A DNA stretch of 64,000 bases. Source: Selaginella moellendorffii. Lineage: Eukaryota > Plantae > Lycopodiophyta. Position 1 is the stretch's first letter. Each line of letters opens with the position of its first letter. The stretch lies in NCBI RefSeq assembly GCF_000143415.4, contig NW_003314286.1, forward strand, positions 1,487,718-1,551,717, given 5' to 3'. Made by a program: the position numbers and the translations under genes. This document shows positions 1 to 14,513 of the stretch, piece after piece. A model generated the notes under the pieces. It was not told where the DNA came from. It searched no databases and saw nothing but the letters and a program-made list of their open reading frames with translations.

Positions 1-1400
1 AGCGGCATCCATGGCCACCCAGCCACCAGCAGTGGTGCTTCCTCCGGAAGGAACGAGCTGGAACGTAGCACGGTCAGAGTTTGCGATGTTGGTGTACACT
101 CGATGGTTGTCAGTGGCGGCTCCCCAGATCGCTCCACCTACAAAGCCACCAGGTCCGGCAGTCTTCACAAAACAGGAGGAAAACCAAAGGTGACCAGGAA
201 GGACAAGCTAGATATCAACAGGAGCTCGAGTTACCTTTTCCCAGGCAAGGCTGCCGTCGTCTCGATCGTGAGCCCAAACAATGCCGCTCTTCTGACCGGT
301 GACGAGAATATCTTGGAACTTGTTCTTGGAGAAACGGCTTGGGATCGTGAGGAGCATCGGTGACTCTCCCAGGTCGTAGTCCGGCCCAGGCTCAGGTGGA
401 CAGTTTGCTGGTGGTGGATTTGTGTCACAAGCAAGCCTCCATACGTCGTTTCCTCCGAGCCTGTTACACCAGCGTATCTCACCGTCGGGCATGTTCACGG
501 CTACAACGGCGTCGTCACAGACGCCGCGAGGATAGCAGTCGCTCGAGTTGGCGTTTCTGTTGAGGCAGTCCTGGACGTCGCTCGGGATCTGGTAGAGGTT
601 TCCAGTGCCAATGAAGGCGAGTCCTCGCTTGGGATCGATGGAAGGACTGCTTCCCCAAACTGTAACGCCGTAGAACCGGAATTTTCAGGAGCCATGTAAG
701 TTTAAGTTCTCCATATTCGTTTTCCAGTTTTCGAGTTTCTGAAAGCTTCCTTGGAATGTGCAACAGGCTGCCTTTACAAGCTCTTGGAGCGAAGACATAC
801 CAACGTAGAAAGCTCTGCCAGTATGATAGGTTCTCAAGAGCAGAAAAAAAGAAAAGAAAAGAAGTTTGCTTACCCGTCGTATGTTGTTCCTGACATGGTG
901 ATCCTTGCCAGGGGCGTTTCATCCAGATCTTCTGACATCCACACCATTCTTCCATTCTTACGGTGTAAAGCAACACCTCTAGCGGGACCGAGCAAACCAT
1001 ACAGCAAGAGCTCTTCGGTCACAGCCGGTATCGTCCGCGACAAAGTGGCAACTCCCGTGATTTCTGTCAAGTTCGTGCTCCAGAGAAGTTCTCCGTGGAT
1101 GGTAACTGCGAAGACAAGCCCGTTCCACGATGGGAAGTAGACAACACAGTCGTAAATCGCCGGTGTGGCCGAAATGTCCGCGCCGGCGTCAAAGCTCCAC
1201 TTTTCTCTTAAGTGAGGCGCCCTCCAGACGCTGATCAAGTGCTCATCTTCTGCAAAGCGACGATTCTTGAGATCTCCTCCGTGGCTGATCCATTCGCCCG
1301 TCTGGAAAAAAAATGTCAAGGCAAGCTTATTTTCCTTTGTTTGGACTACCTGACAGTTGGATTCCACCTGCAGCAAAGATTGTGCCAGCACGATCAACAT
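1..1400 (-). pseudogene. PQQ-repeat beta-propeller / polyvinyl-alcohol dehydrogenase-like gene, copy 1 (runs off the window start; frameshifted)
   Basis: Spliced ORF pieces GEWISHGGDLKNRRFA...WSFDAGADISATPAIYD...FPSWNG, ACCTFQG and PDYDLGESPMLL...GQKSGIVWAHDRDDG. Relative to copy 2 there are indels at ~670-745, and the ATG used in copy 2 is AAG here. Confidence 0.8.
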
Positions 1401-1746
1401 GAATACGAAAGAGTTCTTCTTGGAGGGGGATTTGCGACTTTGCTCGAGAAAGAAAACTCAAGGCATGCAAATGCAGTCTTTCTTTGCTTTTCTAAGATTT
1501 CATTTTCGCGTGCTGGGTTTAGACAAAGACTTTTCTTCATGCCGTGCAACACCCTGTTTGCAACACAAAGACTTTTCACCACACAAAGAGCACTCCCCGC
1601 ATTCAAGTGCGGGTAACTGGATGCGTGCATTGTTGGTAGGCAAGGGGCTTGTCCTCTTCCTTGCTATCATAGATTGGCATCACTCCCATGTCAACGAGAC
1701 CACCATCTTGAGCATGGTTCCAGCCTCGGTCGTCCTCTTGTACTGC
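1..1746. repeat. Segmental direct duplication, partner at ~8043-9744
   Basis: Near-colinear identity from agcggcatccatggccaccc (1; agcggcttcc at 8043) to tcgtcctcttgtactgc (~1746 and ~9744), including upstream non-coding DNA. Confidence 0.9.
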
Positions 1747-1960
1747 AAGCTTCTAGGAGGCGGAAGTCTCAAGCCCGCGACACGCTTGCTGGAGATTCCA
1801 TGACGAAATCGTTTTTCTTTTTGTGCACTGCCACCTTATGGTGATTCAACAACTATCTCTACTTACGCCGTTTGAAAGCGGGCCAAGGATTTGCAAGATG
1901 CTAAAGTTTGATTGATTTGTTTGAGAAGAACCATTGACCAGTTTTCATCCACTTGCCAGG

Positions 1961-2202
1961 AGGTTCGAATACCGTGGTACGCATGGGACTTCAACAAGCA
2001 GGTTCTTGTTCTTCGATAGTTTAGATAGCATCCCAACGGCGAATCTCCGACACAGGTTGGAGGCTGGACACAAGTCTACAAGGGAATGACATTTACCACA
2101 GTCAGAGGCGCTGGACACATGGTGCCTGCCACAAAGCCGCAACAGGCACTTCAAGTTTTCAAGAGCTTCTTGGCAAGAGAAGCGTTGCCCAGCTTCCCAT
2201 GA
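1961..2202 (+). pseudogene. Orphan last two exons of a serine carboxypeptidase-like gene
   Basis: VRIPWYAWDFNKQ / intron / [39 protein letters not shown]...P*. No upstream exons are recognisable before the duplicated segment. Confidence 0.8.
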
Positions 2203-2449
2203 ACAATAGGAAAGAGAGAAAGAAAACAAACACAAACGTAGCTACGCGTTCAAGGTTCGTGAAAACTATTCGTTCTAATCAGCTTGTCTTTGGAGTTTTC
2301 ACTTTGGCGTAACAGGGACGGCTGGTGGTCAGCTGATGGAGTTTTCGGAGTGGTCCATTTCCACGTACAAGATATGATAATTTCGAAATTCTATTATTGT
2401 TGCCACTGGAGATATTTATATCTCGCATTTTCTGCGAGTTTCGACACCG

Positions 2450-4281
<1,832 letters not shown>

Positions 4282-4558
4282 ATGCCAAGCGAAATTTTCA
4301 ACGTTGTGAGACTCCACTCCATTCTAAAATTTTTGCTCCAATAGATCTAGCCTCCGACATGGCATTTAAAATTTCGCTTTACCATGCCACGTCGAGTATT
4401 TTAGTATCATCATCCACTTGTTAACCTTTAGCGGACATGTCCTCGAGACAATGCCTGCGTTTTCACTGGCACTGTGAGGTGATTTTATATTTCTTCCTTC
4501 TTCTTTGCTTCTAGGGCTTTGTTTCTGGGAGCGAGAGCGAGAGAGGAGGCGAGAGGCG

Positions 4559-7500
4559 ATGGCTGGAGCGCCTGGCGATGTTGCCGAGCTTCCTCCGCGC
4601 CTGGCGATCATGCTGTTTAGGAATCGAGTCCTGCTCCCGGGAGCTGTGGTGCGCATCCGATGCACGTCGCCGACCAAGTAAGCGCTTCTTAGGCCATCGC
4701 GTAGAATTTGGGAGCTAAAATGCGGGCGGTTTGATCGTTTTTCTCCCAGCGTTAGGCTGGTCGAGCAGGAGCTGTGGCAGAAGGAAGACAGGGGATTGAT
4801 TGGAGTTTTGCCTGCCAGGGATTTGCAGCAGTCCGATCCGGCGTCTCCGCCTCCGCCTCCGCCGCCACAGCAGCAGCAGCCTCCCCCGACTCAAGGCAAG
4901 GAAAATGCCAAGGAACTGTTTTGGGAGTTACCTGTGTGTTGATTGTATCTCCAGGCGATCGAGGTGGAACTGCGCTTCCAGATTTCCAGCAATGCCTGGG
5001 AAAGCAAAATCAAGAGCTCGTGCAATGGCATCCCCGGTAAGAATTCCAGAGTGTTTCCTGATGGGTCACGTAAGAATTTTTGTAGGGGTGTAGCAGCCCG
5101 AGCTTTGCATCTCTCTCGTGGCATGGAAAAACCAAGTGGTCGGGTTACGTACACCGTCGTTTTAGAAGGCTGGTGTAGGTTCAGTCTCAAGGACATGAAT
5201 GCTCGGGATTGGTCAGCTCGATATGACAAAAGCAGGTAGCTGATGAGGCGCAGCTGTTTTACTGCTTTGGTTTTTTTCTTGTAGAGATGGAGCAGGCGGA
5301 AAAAGATCCAGAGGTGCAACTTCTGGGACAACAGTTTAAAGTTGTTGCTAGCGAATTGATCTCTGCTTTGGAGCAGGTATTCTATCGGTACATGTTCTCG
5401 AATTGCTGATTGTTTGACGTCGTAGAAGCAAAGAACTGTGGGCCGCACGAAAATATTACTCGAGACAACCTCTGCCCACAGGCTTGCGGACATCTTTGTT
5501 GCAAATTTTGAGAACAACTTTGAAGACCGGCTAGCTATGCTAGACGCCGTCGACTTAAAACAGCGACTTGTGAAAGCGACTGAAATCATAACGCGCCATC
5601 TTCAGGTTCGTGCTGACTTTCGAGTTAAGCATCCAATTTAAACTCGTGTACTGTCTCTAGACAATCAAGGTAGCCGAAAAGATATCCCAGAAAGTGGAAG
5701 GAAATCTCTCGAAGTCTCAAAAAGAGTTTCTTTTACGTCAACAAGTACTGTATTACTTATGATCCGCAAGTTTGCTTTGTCCCTCATGCCGCTTTACAGA
5801 TGAAAGCGATCAAAGAGGAGCTCGGTGATAACGATGAGGACGAAGATGATGTGGTTGCTTTGGAGAAAAAGATGCAGAATGTGGGAATGCCGGCAAACGT
5901 ATGGAAGCACACACAGAGAGAGCTGAGGTAAGATATAATTGTGTGTCTATTTTCAGCTGAAATCTTGCTGCTTGCCATTTCATAGGAGGTTGAGGAAAAT
6001 GCAGCCTCAACAGCCAGGTTATGGAAGCTCAAGAGCTTATTTGGAACTCCTTGCTGAATTACCATGGCAGATAAGTAGCGAAGAACGTGAACTAGATCTT
6101 GTTGCAGCAAAGGAACGGTTGGATAGCGAGCATTATGGGCTGGGAAAAGTCAAGAAGCGGATTATTGAGTATTTGGCTGTACGAAAAGTATGTAAGCTAT
6201 CTTCAATCTTCTTTCCTTTCTAACTAATATTTTTGACAGTTAAAACCCGACGCGAGGGGCCCTGTCCTCTGCTTCGTAGGTCCTCCGGGTGTAGGAAAAA
6301 CATCCTTGGCGTCTTCAATTGCTGGAGCTTTGGGAAGACTTTTTATCCGCATTTCATTGGGCGGAGTGAAGGATGAAGCAGACATACGAGGTCATCGTAG
6401 AACATATATAGGAAGCATGCCGGGTCGACTGATCGAAGGCATTAAGGTATGGATTGTTTAAGTTTTTTATTCCTGATGTTTTCATCATATTGCCAGCGAG
6501 TGGGAGTCAACAATCCGGTCATGCTTCTGGACGAGATCGATAAAACAGGTACGGATGTCCGTGGTGATCCGGCATCTGCTTTACTGGAGGTCTTAGATCC
6601 GGAGCAGAATAGGACGTTCAATGATCAGTACGTATAGTACCTTCGCTTTGGTCATGCTTTTAACTTGTTTCTTTGCAGTTACCTCAACGTTCCATTTGAC
6701 TTATCCAAAGTGGTTTTTGTTGCCACGGCCAATAGGATTCAACCAATTTCACCGCCTTTGCTTGATCGCATGGAAGTGATTGAGCTACCTGGATACACTT
6801 CTGAAGAAAAGCTGTGTATAGCTATGCGACATCTCATTCCTAGAGTTTTTGATCAACATGGCATAACTGTGCAGCATTTAAAAATTCCAGAGGTATAAAC
6901 TGAGTTTCTGAAATGCTTGGTTTACCATTTCCGTGTTTGTAGGCAATGGTGGAGCTTATTATTCAGCGTTATACTCGTGAAGCTGGAGTTCGTAATCTAG
7001 AAAGGCATTTGGCAGCCCTTGCAAGAGCTGCGGCTGTCAAAGTTGCAGAAAGAGAGCATTCCATCCATGTTGCTCGAGAAGTTCAAGCTCAAACAACTAC
7101 TACTACAGTGGAAGCATGTGGACGAGGCGATGGTTGAAACAGTCCTTGGCGTAAGCTATACAATTTCCTTCTCTTCTTTTTCATTGTCACTAAACTATTC
7201 TTTCTCTACAGCCACCTAAGTTTTGGCAAAGAAGCGGCTGAAAGAGTGTCCACTCCCGGTGTGGCCGTGGGCCTTGTCTGGACGGCCGTTGGTGGTGAAG
7301 TTCAATTTGTCGAGGCCACGGCCATGACAGGGAAGGGTGATCTCAGCTGGGAGATGTTATCAAAGAATCTGCTCAGATTGCTCTCACATGGGTATGTTTA
7401 CAAAAAACTTTCGCTTGTATTCAATTGTTTAAACAGGTGAGAGCACGAGCTGCCGAGTTGAAGCTTGCAACTGGCGCGGAAAGAAGTTTAATGGATAGTC

Positions 7501-7772
7501 GAGATATTCATATCCACTTTCCAGCAGGTGCTGTGCCGAAGGACGGCCCTCCGCCGGTGTTACGCTTGTGACGGCCTTGGTGTCTTTCCTAGGGAAGAGA
7601 TGCGTGCGTGCTGACACCGCAATGATTGGTGAAATGACACTACGTGTTCTCGTGTTACCAGTAGGAGGAGTGAAGGACAAGGTAAGCTTTCAGTAATTCG
7701 CCTGCCTAACTTACGAGTGTTTCCTCGCAGATATTAGCTGCTCATAGGTTCGGTATCAAACGTGTGATACTT
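4559..7772 (+). pseudogene. Peroxisomal-type Lon protease (LON2-like), frameshifted and 3'-truncated
   Basis: MAGAPGDVAELPPRLAIMLFRNRVLLPG, Walker [52 protein letters not shown]. Apparent deletions near 5205, 7120 and 7342 and a 1-nt loss in KDGPSAG (~7548). Homology stops at ~7772 with no C-terminal PTS1. Confidence 0.85.
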
Positions 7773-9469
7773 GGAGCCGGGAGTTCCTCCAAACGCAGGA
7801 GCCAGTGGAGCCCGTGAGTATCCCGTTCCAATAAAGCAACACCCGTGCCCGACTGAGAGCCCTCCATAGACCGTCGAACCAGTGGTACGTTCCCACAGTA
7901 TACGTCCACTCTCTGCGTCCAGTTCGAGAACATGACCATCGTTGTCGAATGATCCGCAGAAGACCACACCGTTGGCGACAGTCACAGGCCCGTATGCTCG
8001 CGAACCGTGTGCATTCGCAGTGGACCATTCTATTCTTCCAGTAGCGGCTTCCATGGCCACCCAGCCACCAGCGGTGGTGCTTTCTCCGGAAGGAACGAGC
8101 TGGAACGTAGCACGGTCAGAGTTTGCGATGTTGGTGTATACTCGATGGTTGTCAGTGGCGGCTCCCCAGATCGCTCCACCTACAGAGCCACCAGGTCCGG
8201 CAGTCTTCACAAAACAGGGAAAACAAACGCAAGGTGACCAAGAAGAACAGGCTAGATATCAACAGGAGCTTGAGTTACCGTTTCCCAGACAAGGCTGCCG
8301 TCGTCTCGATCGTGAGCCCAAACAATGCCGCTCTTCTGACCGGTGACGACGATATCTTGGAACTTGTTCTTGGAGTAGCGGCTTGGGATCGTGAGCAGCA
8401 TCGGTGACTCTCCAAAGTCGTAGTCCGGCCCAGGCTCAGGCGCTGGTGGTGGATTTGTGTCACAAGCAAGCCTCTATACGTCGTTTCCTCCGAGCCTGTT
8501 ACGCCAGAGTATCTCACCGTCGGCCATGTTCACGGCTACAACGGTGTCGTCGCAGACGCCGCGAGGATAGCAGTCGCTCGAGTTGGCGTTTCTGTTGAGG
8601 CAGTCCTGGACGTCGCTCGGGATCTGGTAGAGGTTCCCAGTGCCAATGAAGACGAGTCCTCGCTTGGGATCGACGGAAGGACTGCTTCCCCATACCGAAA
8701 CGCCATAGAAACCGGAGTTTTCAGGAACCATGTCAGTTCTCCATCTTCGTTTTCCATTTTTGAGGTCTAGTTTCTGAAAGCTTCCCTGGAATGTGCAGCA
8801 GGTTGCCTCCACAAGCTCTTGGCGCGAAGAGATACCAACGTAGAAAGCTCTGCCAGAATTATAGGTACTCAAGAGCAGAGAAAAAGAAAAGAAAGGAAGT
8901 TTGCTTACCCGTCGTATGCTGTTCCTGACATGGTGATCCTTGCCCGGGCCGTTTCATCCAGATCTTCCGACATCCACACCAGTCTTCCACTCTTACGGTC
9001 TAAAGCAACAACTCTAGCGGGACCGAGCAAACCATATAGCAAGAGGTCCTCGGTCACAGCAGGTGTCGTCCGCGACAAAGTGGCAACTCGCGTGATTTCT
9101 GGCAAGTTGACGCGCCAGAGAAGTTGTCCTTGGATGGAAACTGCGAAGACGAACCCGTTCCACGAAGGGAAATAGACAACGCAGTCGTAAATCGCTGGTG
9201 TGGCTGAGATGTCTGCGCCAGCGTCAAAGCTCCACCTTTCGCTTAAGTGAGGCGCGCGCCAGACGCTGATGAAGTGCTCATCCTCTGCAAAGCGACGATT
9301 CTTGAGGTCTCCTCCGTGGCTGATACATTCGCCCGTCTGGAAAAAAAAAATGTCAAGGCAAGCTTATTTTCCTTTGTTTTGCTCTTTGTTGGACTACCTG
9401 ACAGTTGGATTCCACCTGCAGCAAAGATTGCGGCATCACGATCAACAAGAATACGAAAGAGTTCTTCAT
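7734..9469 (-). pseudogene. PQQ-repeat / polyvinyl-alcohol dehydrogenase-like gene, copy 2 (nonsense codon; 3' end fused to Lon)
   Basis: Signal peptide MKNSFVFLLIV, ATCCTFQGS, VWGSSPSVD, GGAIWGAATD, GPVTVANGVVF. TAG at 8474-8476 where copy 1 has TGG. Confidence 0.8.
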
Positions 9470-10140
9470 GGAGGGGGACTTGCGACTTTGCTCGAGAAAG
9501 AAATCTCAAGGTATGCTTTTCTAATATTTCTCTTTCGCGTGCTGGGTTTAGACAAAGACTTTTTTTCAGGCCGTGCAACACTCTGTTTGCAACACAAAGA
9601 CTTTGAAAGAGCACCACACAACGAGCACTCTCGGCTTTCAAGTGCGGTAACTTCGTGATGCTGGTAGGCAATGGATTGATCCTTCCAGTGTTCTGCTCGT
9701 TCGTGCTTGGCATCGTTCCAGTCTCGATCGTCCTCTTGTACTGCTAGTGCTAGCTGGGCGTAGCTTGCATTTTCCAAGTCTCAAAAGTAGAATCTTTTGC
9801 ATTCTCCCTTTTGCTCATGAAACATATTTTAAATGTGTTTTTTAATAATGAATATTTTTCATAGTTATCTCCCAGAGATTGCTTGGGCCCTGGATGGAGA
9901 CCATGCCAGCGTGAAACTTTCTTTCGTGGATATCTTCTTGGTCTTTTCTTGCAAAGACTGGTAGCAATGGCGGTGGGCGATCACCAAATGCGCGATAACT
10001 ACATGTAACCATGACACCTCAAACAGTTCGTGGAATCTTGAAAATTCGACATGCAAGCGTGCTTGCAACCAGGATCTTTCCCCTTGGATTTCAAAACTTA
10101 CATGACCGACCAAAACTTTACATGATCGAGCTCAAAAACT

Positions 10141-10588
10141 TTACATGATCGAGCACGCGGAATTGGGGTTCTCTGCGCTAAACATTGTGGTGATGCTGTC
10201 GTCGCGTACGGGCGGGCGAAAGCGCTGCTCGTATCCATAGTCATGATCATAGAGCTGCTCCTCGTACAGCGTCGCCATTGGCGTGTAGATGGCGACCTTG
10301 GGATCGTAGAGATGGGCCGGCCAAAGCTCCACGGGCTTGCCCGCCCTGCGCAGCCGCTTGATGATGCGCTTGGGGTCTGCAGTGCCCGTGATCGTCACCT
10401 TCTGAAGCTGCCGATCGATGTCGATGCTGTCGATCCCCGGCATGAAGAGCGCTCGCTTCACCAATCGCTCGCAGCGGTCAGAGTGCATCGGTACTCGCAG
10501 CTCGATAAGCTGGAAAGGAGCAGAAGAGAGAACGTCAGATTCTTAGCGATTCTTACAAGATCAAGAGTTTCACGGAACGTACCCCCAT
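10141..10588 (-). CDS. Heavy-metal-associated isoprenylated plant protein (HIPP)-like
   Basis: Exon 1 MG, intron, then LIELRVPMHSDRCERLVKRAL...QKVTITG...VELWP, ending TMFSAENPNSACSIM* (CaaX). Confidence 0.85.
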
Positions 10589-11060
10589 GTATTACAACTA
10601 GAGCTAGACGATCGGTTCCTCGCGTTTCAGGACAAAAGTGCTGCAATTTAGAAGAAGAAACGCTGCGATAATCCTTGATTCTGGGGGGGACGAGGAGCTA
10701 AACAACTATGATCCTTGACGTGAAAGCACTGGAAATGCTTTTCGATCTATGGAAAGAGCTCTCCACTCATGAATTCCCAGGCAAGAAATATGCTCTGTTG
10801 TGTGTGCTCCGTGTAGAGATTATAAAGACAGACACTGGCAACTGGCGGTTCCCCGACAGACAGTTGCCGGTTTGTAGGCGGCACGTAGGCAATTTCGAAG
10901 CACCCAAAGTCTTTGGAGGTATGTGGCGCAACACTGTTAAAGATACGAAACTTGTGATCTAGAATCTCACAACCAAGGCTCAAAAAAGAAAAAAAAAGAA
11001 AAAAAAAGAAGATTCTTTTCCAAAGCCTATTAACAATTAACTTATTGTGATGACAATGCC

Positions 11061-12849
11061 TTAGATCTTTTGGACTAGCAGCTGGATGCCAGTGAAGGAC
11101 TGGATCACGATTTGCACCGTGGGGTTGTGCCGGTAGTTTGGAGATAGCCGGAAGGAGAAATTTTGCAGCAGCATTGCGAGGACGACCTTGGCCTCCATCA
11201 CCGCGAGTCCCTGCCCAATACACACTCGGGGGCCGAAGCTAAAACCAAGGAAGGCGTTTGGATGCTTGCATGCCTTCGTCGTCCCATTCGCAAAGCGCTC
11301 CGGCCTAAACTCGTTCGCGTCCGGTCCCCACAGCTCCGGGTCGTGCTGGAGCGACAGGATGGGAATGGTGATCCCCGTCCCTCGAGGAAGCTTGATTCCA
11401 TTGCTGAGCACTGTGTCGTGGGTGCTCGCTCTGTTCATCTCCCCGGCAGCGGGGTAAAGCCTGAGAGTCTCAAGGATTATCATACCAACCTGGAAGAAAT
11501 GTGACATTCTTGGGAACTGGAAAGAAGAAAAAAAGAACTTGAGAGCTTACCACTTTGAGCTTGCTCAGAGTTTCTCCATCGTCCACTCCATTGGGAAAGT
11601 GTTGCTGGACCTCGGCTCTGGCTTTCTCTTGCCAGTCCGGGTGTGTTGCGAGCAATAAGAGCGCCCAGGCCAGTAATGAGGAACTCGTTTCGTGGCCAGC
11701 GAGGTAGAAAGTCTTGCATTCGTCCACTATAGCTTGCTCGGGAAACTTCACAGACTTACCGCCCGTTTCACCTTCCTCGAGGATCAAGCCCAACAAGTCG
11801 CTTCCATATGGATGAGACGATCTCTCTCCCAGCTTAGCAGCGGCGATTCTTCGCTCTCGGATCAATGACAATAGAGTGCCATCGATTTCTCTGCGTAGCT
11901 TCCATATCTGGAAGTTTAGCTTTGTAGGAAGATACCTGTGAGAGCTGACTGCTATCGATTAAACACTCAAAGAATGGTTTTGTACCTGAAGAATGGTAGC
12001 CACGAGTTGTGGAAACATCTCACCAGCAGCACTCCCAGCAGAGTTAATCCTTGGAAAACTCGCTCGCCTTTCTCGTAGTTGCTACCAAACGAGGTGTGGG
12101 ATATGACATCAGCCGCCAGCCTTTTGAGGTCTTGTTGGACTTCCACCTCGGTTTCTAGTCCTTCGGCTTGCCCCACGCGCCTGCTCCACTTCTCCACCAG
12201 CTTTTCAGTACATTTTGTCATGGAAGAAAGCATTGCCTGGAAGAAAGATAATAAAAAAAGTGAAAGAATCGAAGTTAGAAAAGACCACCTTGAGCCTCTC
12301 CGTGTGAAAGGCAGGAGAGAGGACGCTTCTGTGGTGCGACCATTTATTTCCATTCAATCCAACGAGACCGGCGCCGATGAAGTCCAGCACAAACTCGAGC
12401 TGCTGCTCCGATTTTTCGAATTTGTCGAACTGCTTGGAGAGAATCTCTCGGATGGAGTCGGGGTCGAAGACTACAACCCTCGGTTCGCTCAGCCACCGTA
12501 CGAGATACGGTTTTCCTGCGCGAGAAAAAACGCAGTGAGCAAACAAGCAAGCAAACAAGCAAGCGGAACAAAGAAACTTACCGTATAGCTTGGACCAGGC
12601 AGCAACGTCGGGGCTCACATGAGCAACAATGTCGTGACTTATTCCATCCATGCCTTTGTTCCTCACGGCTTCTCTCCTGAATAATATCTCCACGACGTTT
12701 CCAGCCAGAAAGATTGGAGGTGGTCCTTTGAGCCCTTGGCCGCGGAGAGCCGCTTCCAACTTCCTCATGTGCCACAATTTTAGCCCGCTTCGACAAATTC
12801 TCTCCAGGAACACGCAGATAGCGAGCGCCAGAGCCAAACTTCCCCACAT
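11061..12849 (-). CDS. Cytochrome P450, CYP72 clan, about 5 exons
   Basis: N-terminal TM, LRGQGLKGPP, ADVISHTSFGSNY, DECKTFYLAGHETS, ETLR, PERF, FSFGPRVCIG. Confidence 0.92.
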
Positions 12850-13497
12850 TTTTTCCTTCCCTCCTCAACTCAGCTGTTCCCTTGGATTTTACACTGGTGG
12901 ATTTTATTCACACCGCCTACTATTGGTCCACGTGTATTATGAGTGTGAAAAAAAACACAGGCATAGAATATTTTACGAATATCCAATCGTTATACCCTGG
13001 ATGGGGCATCATGCCCATAGAAATGACCCATGCTATGTATGGAATGGAGCCATTCATGGCCCATAGACCCATTCATCCCATGCATTCTACCAAGTTGTTA
13101 ATGTTGCAAACCAAATGGACAATCAACTAAATTGTTTATCTAGAGCAATATGTTCTCACATCTTGCTCTTGGTGTTCATGGCAAAAGAATTGAATATCTT
13201 TTTTTGGCACACCTCTTTTAACATAGTGCTCATAGCAAGCATAAGTGAACTCCATTTAGCTCCATTGCAAAGCCATGGATATATATTATTTGGAGTTATG
13301 TCTTTAATGGATCCCATTGAGTTTATTTTTTGTTGCAATTGATTTCTAGTGTAGCTTTCTCAACACTTGAGTTTTGTATTATGATGCTTAGAAGATTTGC
13401 ATATGACTCAAAAGTAGATTGAAGTCTAACCAATTCGATGAATTGGTGGGGCTCATACTTCAATTGTGTACTATGCAAAGGTGCATAGTGTTGATGT

Positions 13498-13711
13498 TTG
13501 GACCTAGAGTTCTCTCAAGAGGAGCATGCTGAAGGAGATTTGAGAATGTGGAAGTTACAATTGCATGTAGTAACATTCAGGATAACAATAGACACTTTCA
13601 ACATTTTTCAATTATAATTGTTTCGAATTGGACCTAGAGTTCTCTCAAGAGGAGCATGCTGAAGGAGATTTGAGAATATGGAAGTTGCAATTGCATGTAG
13701 TAACATTTAGG
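13498..13711. repeat. Two ~83-bp direct repeats, 131 bp apart
   Basis: ttggacctagagttctctcaagaggagcatgctgaaggagatttgagaat...gtagtaacatt at 13498 and at 13629. Confidence 0.9.
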
Positions 13712-13954
13712 TGAGAAGAGCAATGACAATGGACAATATTTTCCAATCATAACCGTTTCAAATTTTAAAATTTGTAAAAAGGGTTTCCAAGCATGGGGCA
13801 AAACTATCCAATGTATGCCATGCACTGCGGCCGAAGAACTAGAGTTTTCAGGGATTGGAAGTTTGTGCTCACTTTGGTAAGAGTAAATTTGTAACAGCTT
13901 CCTATATGGTCTAACCCTTTTGCAATATTTGAGGTTTTTAGGTTTCCTTTTGGC

Positions 13955-14341
13955 ATGGCAAACTGGAGAGGATTCTATGACTTCTTTGAGGAACAACAAT
14001 GGATCCAACAGGGGATAGGACCGAGGATTCTATATGATGCCTCCTCCTCTCAAGGCTCGACAATCCCTCCAACAAGGCAGCCCAAGACTACTTCTAATCT
14101 TGTGCCAATCACCAAGGGGAAAGGTCTTGCTAAAGAAAGCGCTAGTGAGGGATATATTACTGCTCGAGATGCAAGTGAGGACGAGTTCACAGACCCAGAG
14201 GGTGATTTTGGTTCTACCATGAAACAGGTTGAGAGTTCCTCAAGCGAGGATGGGCATCATGTACCACCCAAGCTCGATAGTTTTGACTCAGAACCTAAAT
14301 TGGGAGTTGCTTTGGAAAGCTATAGTGATTATCCTTGGTGA
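13955..14341 (+). other. Unassigned ORF inside the transposon, convergent with the HECT gene
   Basis: 128 aa with an acidic/Ser-rich tail. The frame extends upstream to ~13790 through a single TAA. No recognisable domain. Confidence 0.3.
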
Positions 14342-14513
14342 GGCAAGCATAAGCCAAAAGGGTACCAAGGGCTGCAAATGCCTATAATGGGCATTTGTGG
14401 AATACTTTGAATATTCTTACCTTTAACTTTGCCAATGAACTGGAAAGAGTCTTTTTCAAAGTGTGAAACATATTTCAAGATAATTATCTATTTTTATTGT
14501 AAAAGTGTCTACA

